Below are positions 56,641 through 64,000 of a stretch of 64,000 bases of DNA, one piece after another. The notes beneath the pieces were generated by a model. It was not told the origin of the DNA. It saw only the letters and a list, made by a program, of their open reading frames with translations, and ran no database searches. The DNA is from Sphingobacteriales bacterium (GTDB lineage: Bacteria > Bacteroidota > Bacteroidia > Chitinophagales > CAIOSU01): positions 22,147 through 86,146 of the forward strand of contig JAIXOI010000009.1 in the NCBI GenBank assembly GCA_027486795.1, read 5' to 3'. The position numbers and the translations under genes were made by a program. The first letter of the stretch is position 1. Every line of letters begins with the position of its first letter.

Positions 56641-59600
56641 ATGAAACAGTATAAACTGGCGAACGACATAGCCGGATGGTTGGTCTTCCTAGTCGCCCTT
56701 ATAACCTACACACTCACCCTAGAAGCAACCACCAGTTTTTGGGATTGCGGGGAGTTTATATCAGGAGCCTACAAACTGCAAGTGGTTCACCCACCGGGCG
56801 CACCTATGTTCTTGTTGCTGGGCCGTTTGGCTACCATGTTTGCTTTCGATGACCCCAATTGGATTGCTTGGACCGTTAACTTTCTTTCGGGCTTGACGAG
56901 TGCCTTTTCGGTATTGTTCCTGTTCTGGATAACCACCCATTTTGCTCGCAAAATTGTAGCAGGTACTCAAATACCTACTACCATGCAAACCATAGCCATT
57001 ATAGCTACTGGTGCTATTGCTGGCTTAGCTTGTACCTTTACCGATACCATTTGGTTCTCGGCTGTTGAGGGCGAGGTATATGCCATGTCTTTGTTCTTTA
57101 TGATGCTCGTTTTCTGGACGATGTTGAAATGGGAAAGCTGCGAAGACGACCAATATCGTGATAAGTGGTTGGTGCTTACCTTTTTCTTGTTAGGCGTATC
57201 GAGCGGTGTTCACTTATTGAGCTTCTTGGCCATACCGCCAATGGCTTTGATATATTACTTTAAGGAGTACAAGAACCCTAAACCACTTGGTATTTTGGTT
57301 TCGCTGGTAATCGGCTTTGTTATCCTTGGCTTTTTCTTCAAAGGTATCGTTAGTGGCTTGATAAGCATTATTGCGTCTTTTGAACTCTTTGCAGTTAATA
57401 GCTTGGGCTTTGGTGTAGGTATTGGTTTCGGCATTTTTGTGCTGATTTTGGCCGCTTTGATTGTTGGAGGCCTATATGCAACCAAAGAAGGTAATGCTGC
57501 CAGCCGTTTGATAGGTGGTATGTCAAGGACAAAATTGCATGTTGCCATGCTTTGCTTTCTTATGACCATGATTGGCTTCTCAACTTACACAATTGTGGTT
57601 ATTCGTGCCGGTGCCGATACGCCTATTAACATGAACAACCCCGATAACGTGTTTATGCTAGAAAGCTACCTAAATAGGGAGCAATACGGCAGCCGTGCGT
57701 TGGTATATGGCCCTAATTATACGGCATATCCAACTGAGATAGAAGATAAAGGAAACCGCTATTTCCCTATTGAAGACAAAAAAACGGGTAAAGTAACTTA
57801 TGAGATTATAGGTAAGAAAGTTGACTATAAATTTGACAAGAAGGACATGATGTTTATGCCTCGCATGGGCTCATGGAACGATGATAGGCACGTAATGGCA
57901 TACAGGGCAATGCTTAACCCTGATTTTGCAGTTGTTGACCGCCAATCGGGACAGACTGTGAAAGAGTTTTCAAGTGAGAAACAAGGTTGGCAGTCGGCCT
58001 ACCAGCAAGCCCAAAACTTTGCTCAATCTTCATCTACTGGTTCGCTGGTAGTGAAGGATTTGATTTCGCAACGCGACAACATGTCGTTCTTTTTCAGATA
58101 CCAAGTAGGGGTTATGTATCTGCGCTATTTCTTCTGGAATTTTACCGGCAGGCAGAACGATATTCAAGGCCGTTTTGATAACAATGAAGGCAAAGCCATT
58201 ACTGGCATTGGTTTTATTGACAACAACATTGTTGGGCCATCTGAGAATTTGCCCGAATGGAGGAAAGATAATGCTGGCATGAATAAATATTTCATTTTGC
58301 CTTTCTTGCTAGGATTGATTGGCATGTATTATCATGCGAAGCGCGATTGGAAAGGCTTTTCTATTATTTTAGTGCTGTTCTTGTTTACTGGAGTACTTCA
58401 GGTAATTTACCTAAACTCACCACCTTTTGAGCCTAGGGAAAGGGATTATACCCTTGTAGGCTCCTTTGTTACCTTCTGTTTATGGATTGGTTTTGGTATG
58501 TTGGCCATTTATAAGGCCCTAGAGAACAGCAAGTTAAATAGTAAATTGGCACTGTCATTGTCTTTTGCGGTAAGTTTATCGGTGCCATTGGTGTTGGTTT
58601 CTCAAAATTGGGATGATCACGATCGTTCAGGACGCTACACGGCGAGGGATTTTGCCATCAACTATCTTGAATCATGTGCTCCTAATGCCATCATTTTTAC
58701 CCAAGGCGATAACGATACATACCCATTGTGGTATGCACAGGAGGTAGAAAACATTCGACCAGATATTAGGGTAGTGAACCTTAGCCTGCTAGGTGTTGAC
58801 TGGTATGTGCAGCAATTGGAGTACAAAATGAACGAGGCACCAGCGGTAAAACTATCCTTGACGCCGGAGAAATACAGAGGCAACACTCGCGATGTGGTTC
58901 GTTTTTATGATACAGGCAAATTTGACCAGAAGAGCTATTACCCACTGGCCGATGTAATAGGATATATTGCCAATGATGGCAATAAGCTGCGCACCCAAGG
59001 CGGCGAAATGGTAGAAGTGTTTCCAGTAAAGAACTTTTACTTGCCTGTTGATAAAGAAAAGGTAATTGCCAACGGCATTGTTCCAGCAGAGTACTATGAC
59101 CGAATAGCTGACCAGCTCAGGTGGTCGTTGGGTGACAAGAGCAATTTGCTAAAAAATGACTTGGTTACCTTGGATATTGTAGCGTCAAATCTTTGGGAGC
59201 GCCCAATTTACTTTGCGGTATCAGTAAGCCCAGATGCTTATCTTGGTTTAGATAAATACTTCCAATTGGAAGGATTGGCGTACCGTATAGTGCCTGTTGA
59301 GAGCGCAAACGGCGGCAACGGCTACATAGCTCAAAACATGATGTACGAAAATGCCATGACCAAATTCCGTTGGGGAGGTATTGAGCGCAAAAAAGTAATT
59401 GATTACACTGTAGCTAGCGGCGAAACTTTGGCAACTGTTGCCTATAAGCACAACCAAACGGTAGCCCAATTGAAAGCCTATAACAAGCTTGCCACAGATG
59501 AAGTGGCTGTTGGTACTAAGCTCAAAATTGAAGTGCCACAATGGATTTATCTGGATGAGAACATTAACCGGATGACTATGAACCTGCGCAGTAACTTTGG

Positions 59601-59976
59601 CAGGTTGGCGGAAGACTTAATTGCATCTAATAAAAAGGCTGAAGCTGTTAAAGTGCTAGACGAAAGCCTCAAGGTAATGCCAGAAGAAACATTGCCGTAT
59701 AATGTGTTTATGCTTCGCTACCCTGACATTTACTATAAGGCAGGAGCTAAAGAACAAGCGCAATTATTAATGCGCAAAGTGCTTGACCATACCTTGGAAG
59801 AATATGCTTACCTGCAGGATGTGAAAGATTTTGAACCAGGCTACAAGCGTGATTCTGATCAATCAATAGCCATATTATCTGAGTTGAGGCGTATAGCCAC
59901 CAACAACCAAGATAGTGAGCTAGTAGAGGAGATAAGTCAAAAATTAATGCAGCTACAAGGAATGGGTGCATTTTAA
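56641..59976 (+). CDS. DUF2723/TMEM260-like polytopic glycosyltransferase-family protein with embedded LysM domain
   Basis: Hallmark N-terminal FWDCGEFI, more than 10 helices, and a large extracytoplasmic C-terminal region containing LysM (YTVASGETLATVAYKHNQTVAQLKAYNKLATDEVAVGTKLKIEVP). Confidence 0.75.
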   Translation: MKQYKLANDIAGWLVFLVALITYTLTLEATTSFWDCGEFISGAYKLQVVHPPGAPMFLLLGRLATMFAFDDPNWIAWTVNFLSGLTSAFSVLFLFWITTHFARKIVAGTQIPTTMQTIAIIATGAIAGLACTFTDTIWFSAVEGEVYAMSLFFMMLVFWTMLKWESCEDDQYRDKWLVLTFFLLGVSSGVHLLSFLAIPPMALIYYFKEYKNPKPLGILVSLVIGFVILGFFFKGIVSGLISIIASFELFAVNSLGFGVGIGFGIFVLILAALIVGGLYATKEGNAASRLIGGMSRTKLHVAMLCFLMTMIGFSTYTIVVIRAGADTPINMNNPDNVFMLESYLNREQYGSRALVYGPNYTAYPTEIEDKGNRYFPIEDKKTGKVTYEIIGKKVDYKFDKKDMMFMPRMGSWNDDRHVMAYRAMLNPDFAVVDRQSGQTVKEFSSEKQGWQSAYQQAQNFAQSSSTGSLVVKDLISQRDNMSFFFRYQVGVMYLRYFFWNFTGRQNDIQGRFDNNEGKAITGIGFIDNNIVGPSENLPEWRKDNAGMNKYFILPFLLGLIGMYYHAKRDWKGFSIILVLFLFTGVLQVIYLNSPPFEPRERDYTLVGSFVTFCLWIGFGMLAIYKALENSKLNSKLALSLSFAVSLSVPLVLVSQNWDDHDRSGRYTARDFAINYLESCAPNAIIFTQGDNDTYPLWYAQEVENIRPDIRVVNLSLLGVDWYVQQLEYKMNEAPAVKLSLTPEKYRGNTRDVVRFYDTGKFDQKSYYPLADVIGYIANDGNKLRTQGGEMVEVFPVKNFYLPVDKEKVIANGIVPAEYYDRIADQLRWSLGDKSNLLKNDLVTLDIVASNLWERPIYFAVSVSPDAYLGLDKYFQLEGLAYRIVPVESANGGNGYIAQNMMYENAMTKFRWGGIERKKVIDYTVASGETLATVAYKHNQTVAQLKAYNKLATDEVAVGTKLKIEVPQWIYLDENINRMTMNLRSNFGRLAEDLIASNKKAEAVKVLDESLKVMPEETLPYNVFMLRYPDIYYKAGAKEQAQLLMRKVLDHTLEEYAYLQDVKDFEPGYKRDSDQSIAILSELRRIATNNQDSELVEEISQKLMQLQGMGAF

Positions 59977-59987
59977 ATAAATGAAAA

Positions 59988-60014
59988 GCCCTCCCATAGC
60001 GGAGGGCTTTTTTT
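59988..60014 (+). terminator. intrinsic terminator after the DUF2723 gene
   Basis: GCCCTCC-CATAGC-GGAGGGC followed by T7. Confidence 0.85.
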
Positions 60015-60027
60015 ACCACAATAGCGT

Positions 60028-60771
60028 ATGAGAGAGGAGAACCTAATATACGGTAAGCATCCATTGTTGGAAGCTTTGAGGGCAGGTAAGGAGTTTGAGA
60101 AAATTTTGCTGCAAAATGGCACTTCAAATGCAGAGTTGAAGGAGGTGGCTGCGCTTGCCCGGCAAGCAAGTATACCCGTGCAATATGTGCCACATCAAAA
60201 GTTAAACAGTGTTACGCGCAAAAACCATCAAGGTATGATAGGTTTTGGCTCGTTGATACAGTATTACGATGTGCAGGATATTCTTGACCATTGCTACGAT
60301 GAGAACAATGTGCCGTTGTTTGTTTTGCTCGATAGGGTAACCGATGTGCGCAACTTTGGCGCCATAGCCCGCACCGCAGAATGCTTCGGGGCTTCGGCCA
60401 TTATTGTGCCGGCCACTGGCGGTGCGCTTATACATGCCGATGCCATCAAAGCTTCGGCAGGTGCACTTACTACTTTGCCCGTTTGTAAAGTCAATCGTTT
60501 GGAAGATGCTGTTGAATTATTAAAATTGAATGGCCTCCAAATATTAGTAACCGAAATGGAAGCCAGTAAAAACCTGCACGAAATTGACTTTAGTATTCCG
60601 TTAGCCGTTATCATGGGCTCAGAAGGGGAGGGCGTAAGTGGCCGTTTGGCCAGTATGGCCGATGATAGTTTCAAAATACCTATGGTAGGCATCACAGAGT
60701 CTCTAAACGTGTCGGTTGCAGCTGGTATGGTATTGTACGAAGCGTTGCGCCAGCGTCTGCTTAAAGCTTAA
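60028..60771 (+). CDS. rlmB: 23S rRNA (guanosine-2'-O)-methyltransferase RlmB (TrmH family)
   Basis: N-terminal substrate-binding domain (IYGKHPLLEAL) plus SpoU motifs (RNFGAIARTAECFGA, GSEGEGVS, ESLNVSVAAGMVLYE). Confidence 0.85.
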   Translation: MREENLIYGKHPLLEALRAGKEFEKILLQNGTSNAELKEVAALARQASIPVQYVPHQKLNSVTRKNHQGMIGFGSLIQYYDVQDILDHCYDENNVPLFVLLDRVTDVRNFGAIARTAECFGASAIIVPATGGALIHADAIKASAGALTTLPVCKVNRLEDAVELLKLNGLQILVTEMEASKNLHEIDFSIPLAVIMGSEGEGVSGRLASMADDSFKIPMVGITESLNVSVAAGMVLYEALRQRLLKA

Positions 60772-60780
60772 TACGCCATG

Positions 60781-61722
60781 TTAGTTCGGTATATGCACTA
60801 GCATATCTGCTACCATAGTTTGCAAGTCATAATCTGGTTCCCAGCCCCAATCAAGTCGTGCATAATTGTCATCAATACTTACTGGCCAAGTTTCGGCTAT
60901 ATGTTGCCTAAAGTCAGGGGCATAGCCGATACTGAAATTTGGCAATTGTACTTTAATAGCATTGGCAAGCTCGGCAGGGGTAAAAGATAAGCTTGATACA
61001 TTATAGCTTGACCGAATGCGCAAATCATCAGCATCGGCTTCCATGAGTGCTAAGGTTGCTTTAATGGCATCAGGCATATACATCATCGGCAAGCGCTGGT
61101 CTTCTTTCAAGAAACAGGTATATTGTCCACGCGCCTTAGCCTCATAAAATATCTCCACAGCATAGTCGGTAGTGCCGCCGCCAGGTTTGCTACCATAACT
61201 TATAAGCCCTGGGTAACGTAAGCTGCGCACATCGAGCCCACGATTGCGATAGTAATAGTTGCACCAGCGCTCACCGGCCAATTTACTAATGCCGTAAATG
61301 GTATCAGGGTCCGTAACGGCGTATTGCGGTGTCAGGCGTTTTTTACTATGGTTGCCAAACACGGCAATGGAGCTTGGCCAGAATACTTTTTTTACGCCCA
61401 ATGTTGCACTTGCTTCTAGCACGTTTAGCAAGCCTTCCATATTTACTTGCCAAGCTAACCTAGGGTTTTGTTCGCCAGTTGCCGATAGAATGGCAGCGAG
61501 ATGGTAAACTTGGGTTACTTTATGTTTCGCAAATGCCTCATTTACCGCCTTAGCATCCATTATATCCAAAAGCTCAAACGGTCCGTTACTGCTGTTTTTG
61601 GCTTGGCGTATGTCCGAAGCGATAACGTTGTCGGCTCCATATTTTGCACGCAAAGCCATTACCAACTCAGTACCAATCTGTCCATTGGCACCAAGCACCA
61701 ATATCATTTCACGGGGTTCCAT
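60781..61722 (-). CDS. tdh: NAD-dependent epimerase/dehydratase-family L-threonine 3-dehydrogenase
   Basis: VLGANGQIGTEL, VIASDIR, FWPSSIAVFG and YGISK (YxxxK). It resembles the SDR-type TDH of flavobacteria as I recall it. An alternative start exists at 61707. Confidence 0.7.
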   Translation of the reverse strand: MEPREMILVLGANGQIGTELVMALRAKYGADNVIASDIRQAKNSSNGPFELLDIMDAKAVNEAFAKHKVTQVYHLAAILSATGEQNPRLAWQVNMEGLLNVLEASATLGVKKVFWPSSIAVFGNHSKKRLTPQYAVTDPDTIYGISKLAGERWCNYYYRNRGLDVRSLRYPGLISYGSKPGGGTTDYAVEIFYEAKARGQYTCFLKEDQRLPMMYMPDAIKATLALMEADADDLRIRSSYNVSSLSFTPAELANAIKVQLPNFSIGYAPDFRQHIAETWPVSIDDNYARLDWGWEPDYDLQTMVADMLVHIPN

Positions 61723-61751
61723 ACAAAGGGCGGTTTCGGGGGCAAAGGTAA

Positions 61752-61786
61752 GTACGATTTATGATTTACGAGGTACGATGTTCGAT
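61752..61786. repeat. degenerate heptamer array GTACGAT TTATGAT TTACGAG GTACGAT GTTCGAT
   Basis: Read directly. The unit is the reverse complement of the ATCGTAC phase of the 31120-31147 array. Confidence 0.8.
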
Positions 61787-61888
61787 TGTCTTATCAAATC
61801 AAAAATCAATTTGGCTTCACATCTTACTAGTAACAATACGTTCCGTAGCTTTGTATTTCATTTATTTAACCTCAATTGTACAGGTTAC

Positions 61889-61906
61889 CTCGTGTACTTC
61901 GTACAT
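61889..61906. repeat. short CGTAC-type heptamer stretch (CTCGTGTACTTCGTACAT)
   Basis: It shares the 13-nt string GTACTTCGTACAT with 31121-31133 and is inverted relative to 61752-61786. Confidence 0.7.
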
Positions 61907-61942
61907 ATTTTACTACTTTTATTTTCGCTTAAAGAGGCCCTA

Positions 61943-64000
61943 ATGAAAACGAACGATTTAAAAGCCAATATTTTACCCCATCTGGCAGCGCTGCTTATTT
62001 TTGTAATGCTATCTTATGTTTATTTGATGCCGCTGCTGCAAGGCTCTGTATTGGCTCAGCACGATTATACCCAAGCAATGGGTCAGCAACACGAGATAAC
62101 CGAGTATGTAGATAAAACTGGTGACCAGACACTGTGGACCAACTCCATGTTTAGTGGTATGCCAAGCGTGCAAATTTGGCTTGGCTACCCTAGCAATTTG
62201 GTTGGGCAGTTGTATGTTTTTATCAGCGCCTTGTTTGTAAACGAAACCAACATCCTCTTCTTTTTGATGGCAGGGGTTTATTTAGCCTTATATCCTCTCA
62301 CCAAAAACGTTTGGATAAGTACAGCCGGTGCTGCGGCTTTTGCCTTTGCTTCTTTTAACATGATAAGCATTGAAGCTGGCCACTTGAACAAGGTGCTGGC
62401 TATGGCTTTTATGGCACCAATGTTGGCAGGCATAATTATAGCCTACCAGGGCAAGTGGCTGGCAGGAGCTTTGTTAACTGGCTTTTTCCTGGCTATACAG
62501 CTAAGGGCTGGGCACATACAAATAACCTACTATACCGTAATTGCAGGTGCAATATTGGCCTTATTTTTTGTTGAACATGCCATTGTAAAAAAGGCTATGC
62601 CTATGTTTTTGAAAGCTACGGCAGCGCTCGCTTTTGCTACGGTATTGGCAGTAGGGAGCAACACCGCACAAATATGGGGCACTTACGAGTATAGTCACGC
62701 TACTATAAGGGGCGGTAAATCGGAGTTGTCGAACGTAAAGCCTGAGGATAAGCAAGGCGGTTTGACCAAGGATTATGCCTTCAACTGGAGCCAAGGTATT
62801 GACGAGACCATGACCATACTTATACCCAACTTTATGGGTGGCGGTAGTTCGGGCAATTACGAGGGCACTGAGTCGCATAAAAAAATGGTAGCCTTGCTTA
62901 AGCAAAATGGTTACCCTGCAAAAGAAGCCGATAAGGTTGCCAATCAAGTAGCCGGAAGCGAACTATATTGGGGCGACCAGCCGTTTACCTCGGGGCCAAT
63001 TTATTTTGGTGCTATTGTGTGCTTTTTGTTTGTGTTGGGCATTTTTGTTATTAAGCATCCTTACAAGTGGGCAATGCTGGGTGTAGCAATACTTGCAATA
63101 ATGTTGGCTTGGGGTAAAAACTTTCCTGCATTCAACTACTTTGTTTTCGACCATGTCCCGATGTATAATAAGTTTCGTACACCAACCATGATACTTACCA
63201 TCACCAATTTGGTGTTTGTATTGGTCGGGTTTTTGGGCTTAAAGGAAATTTGGGAAACCAAGGATAAGCAAATGGCTTTAAAGCAATTGAAAATAGCGGT
63301 GGGCATTGTTGGTGGTGTGTTAGTTTTGTTTGGCCTAGGCGCGGGTATTTTCTTCGATTTTACGGGAGCGCCCAAAGGACAGGAATATATAGATGCAGCT
63401 ACCAAAATAGCCGACCGAAAAAGCCTTTTAAGTGGCGATGCTTTCCGTTCATTGTTTTTGGTTTTGGCAGCTGGTGGGCTCGTTTGGGTGCTCATTACCG
63501 AAAAGCTCAAAAAACAATACGTTGTGGCTTTGTTGGGTGTGCTTATTTTAGGCGATTTATGGAGCGTGAGCAAGCGATACCTGAACGATGATGATTTCGT
63601 TTCTAAATCTGAATATGATAGAATGTTTGTGCCGAGCGAGGCTGACCAATTGGTGCTGCGAGATACCGACTTGAGTTACAGGGTGCTCGATTTTGCAGGC
63701 GGAGCGCCGTTTACCAATGCATCTACTTCTTATTTCCATAAATCTATAGGGGGATACCATGCCGCTAAATTGCGCATCTATCAAGAGTTGATAGAGAACC
63801 AAATATCAAAGGATATGGGTACATTGCAACAGGGCCTTAAAAATGGCGCGGTGCCCGAGAATTTGCCCATACTCAATATGCTCAATACCCGATATTTCCT
63901 TTTGGGAAAAAAGGGAGGCGAGGTAGTGCGCAATCCTTATGCAGCGGGCAATGCTTGGTTTGTTTCCAATATACTTACCGTAAACACCGCCGATGAGGAG
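61943..64000 (+). CDS. large polytopic membrane protein, YfhO-like (putative GT-C glycosyltransferase), 3' end runs off the window
   Basis: I translated all 686 codons from the ATG at 61943 to nt 64000 and found no stop, which is why it is absent from the ORF track. It has many TM helices, and the motifs WTNSMFSGMP and SIGGYHAAKLRIYQELI resemble Bacteroidota YfhO-family proteins as I recall them. Confidence 0.6.
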   Translation, partial: MKTNDLKANILPHLAALLIFVMLSYVYLMPLLQGSVLAQHDYTQAMGQQHEITEYVDKTGDQTLWTNSMFSGMPSVQIWLGYPSNLVGQLYVFISALFVNETNILFFLMAGVYLALYPLTKNVWISTAGAAAFAFASFNMISIEAGHLNKVLAMAFMAPMLAGIIIAYQGKWLAGALLTGFFLAIQLRAGHIQITYYTVIAGAILALFFVEHAIVKKAMPMFLKATAALAFATVLAVGSNTAQIWGTYEYSHATIRGGKSELSNVKPEDKQGGLTKDYAFNWSQGIDETMTILIPNFMGGGSSGNYEGTESHKKMVALLKQNGYPAKEADKVANQVAGSELYWGDQPFTSGPIYFGAIVCFLFVLGIFVIKHPYKWAMLGVAILAIMLAWGKNFPAFNYFVFDHVPMYNKFRTPTMILTITNLVFVLVGFLGLKEIWETKDKQMALKQLKIAVGIVGGVLVLFGLGAGIFFDFTGAPKGQEYIDAATKIADRKSLLSGDAFRSLFLVLAAGGLVWVLITEKLKKQYVVALLGVLILGDLWSVSKRYLNDDDFVSKSEYDRMFVPSEADQLVLRDTDLSYRVLDFAGGAPFTNASTSYFHKSIGGYHAAKLRIYQELIENQISKDMGTLQQGLKNGAVPENLPILNMLNTRYFLLGKKGGEVVRNPYAAGNAWFVSNILTVNTADEE

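Noticed and set aside
62561-63802. Minus-strand ORFs 62561-62947, 62963-63154, 63136-63573 and 63557-63802.
   Set aside because: All are antisense to the long uninterrupted plus-strand frame starting at 61943, which encodes a coherent polytopic membrane protein.

Overview
This 64-kb window looks like a chromosomal segment of a Bacteroidota genome. Supporting signs are T9SS type-A and type-B C-terminal sorting domains, a CarboxypepD_reg-type TonB-dependent receptor, a beta-propeller/Y_Y_Y sensor kinase, OmpA/PD40 architecture and a eukaryote-like class Ia RNR. I support about 53 protein genes and one tRNA-Gln(TTG). I found no rRNA, CRISPR array, transposase, integrase or phage genes. Most of the content is housekeeping: thrS-infC-rpmI-rplT, argS, nrdAB, rdgB, rlmB, a TrmH-family gene, mce and tdh. 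The rest is transporters, envelope proteins and regulators. Five observations are not explained by ordinary annotation. (1) At 5.9-6.7 kb, a tandemly duplicated module of roughly 320-390 bp carries an unannotated 42-codon ORF in each copy. The two ORFs differ mostly at synonymous sites, share an ECF-like promoter and share a 3' flank with a covarying hairpin. (2) Period-7 tandem repeats of at least seven unit classes recur at unlinked loci. They sit exactly at gene boundaries and are sometimes arranged as inverted pairs. (3) A six-gene phosphorelay at 39.4-47.3 kb has no DNA-binding output and ends in a tail-anchored receiver. (4) At 53-64 kb an ALG5/GtrB-like GT2 and a methyltransferase sit with three large polytopic GT-C-type proteins: ArnT/PMT-like with TPR, DUF2723/TMEM260-like with an embedded LysM, and a YfhO-like ORF that is missing from the ORF track because it runs off the window. 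(5) A 460-nt convergent intergenic region is packed with repeated hairpins and a palindrome with ~30-nt arms. All functional calls rest on motifs and family resemblance read from the translations. No database search was run.
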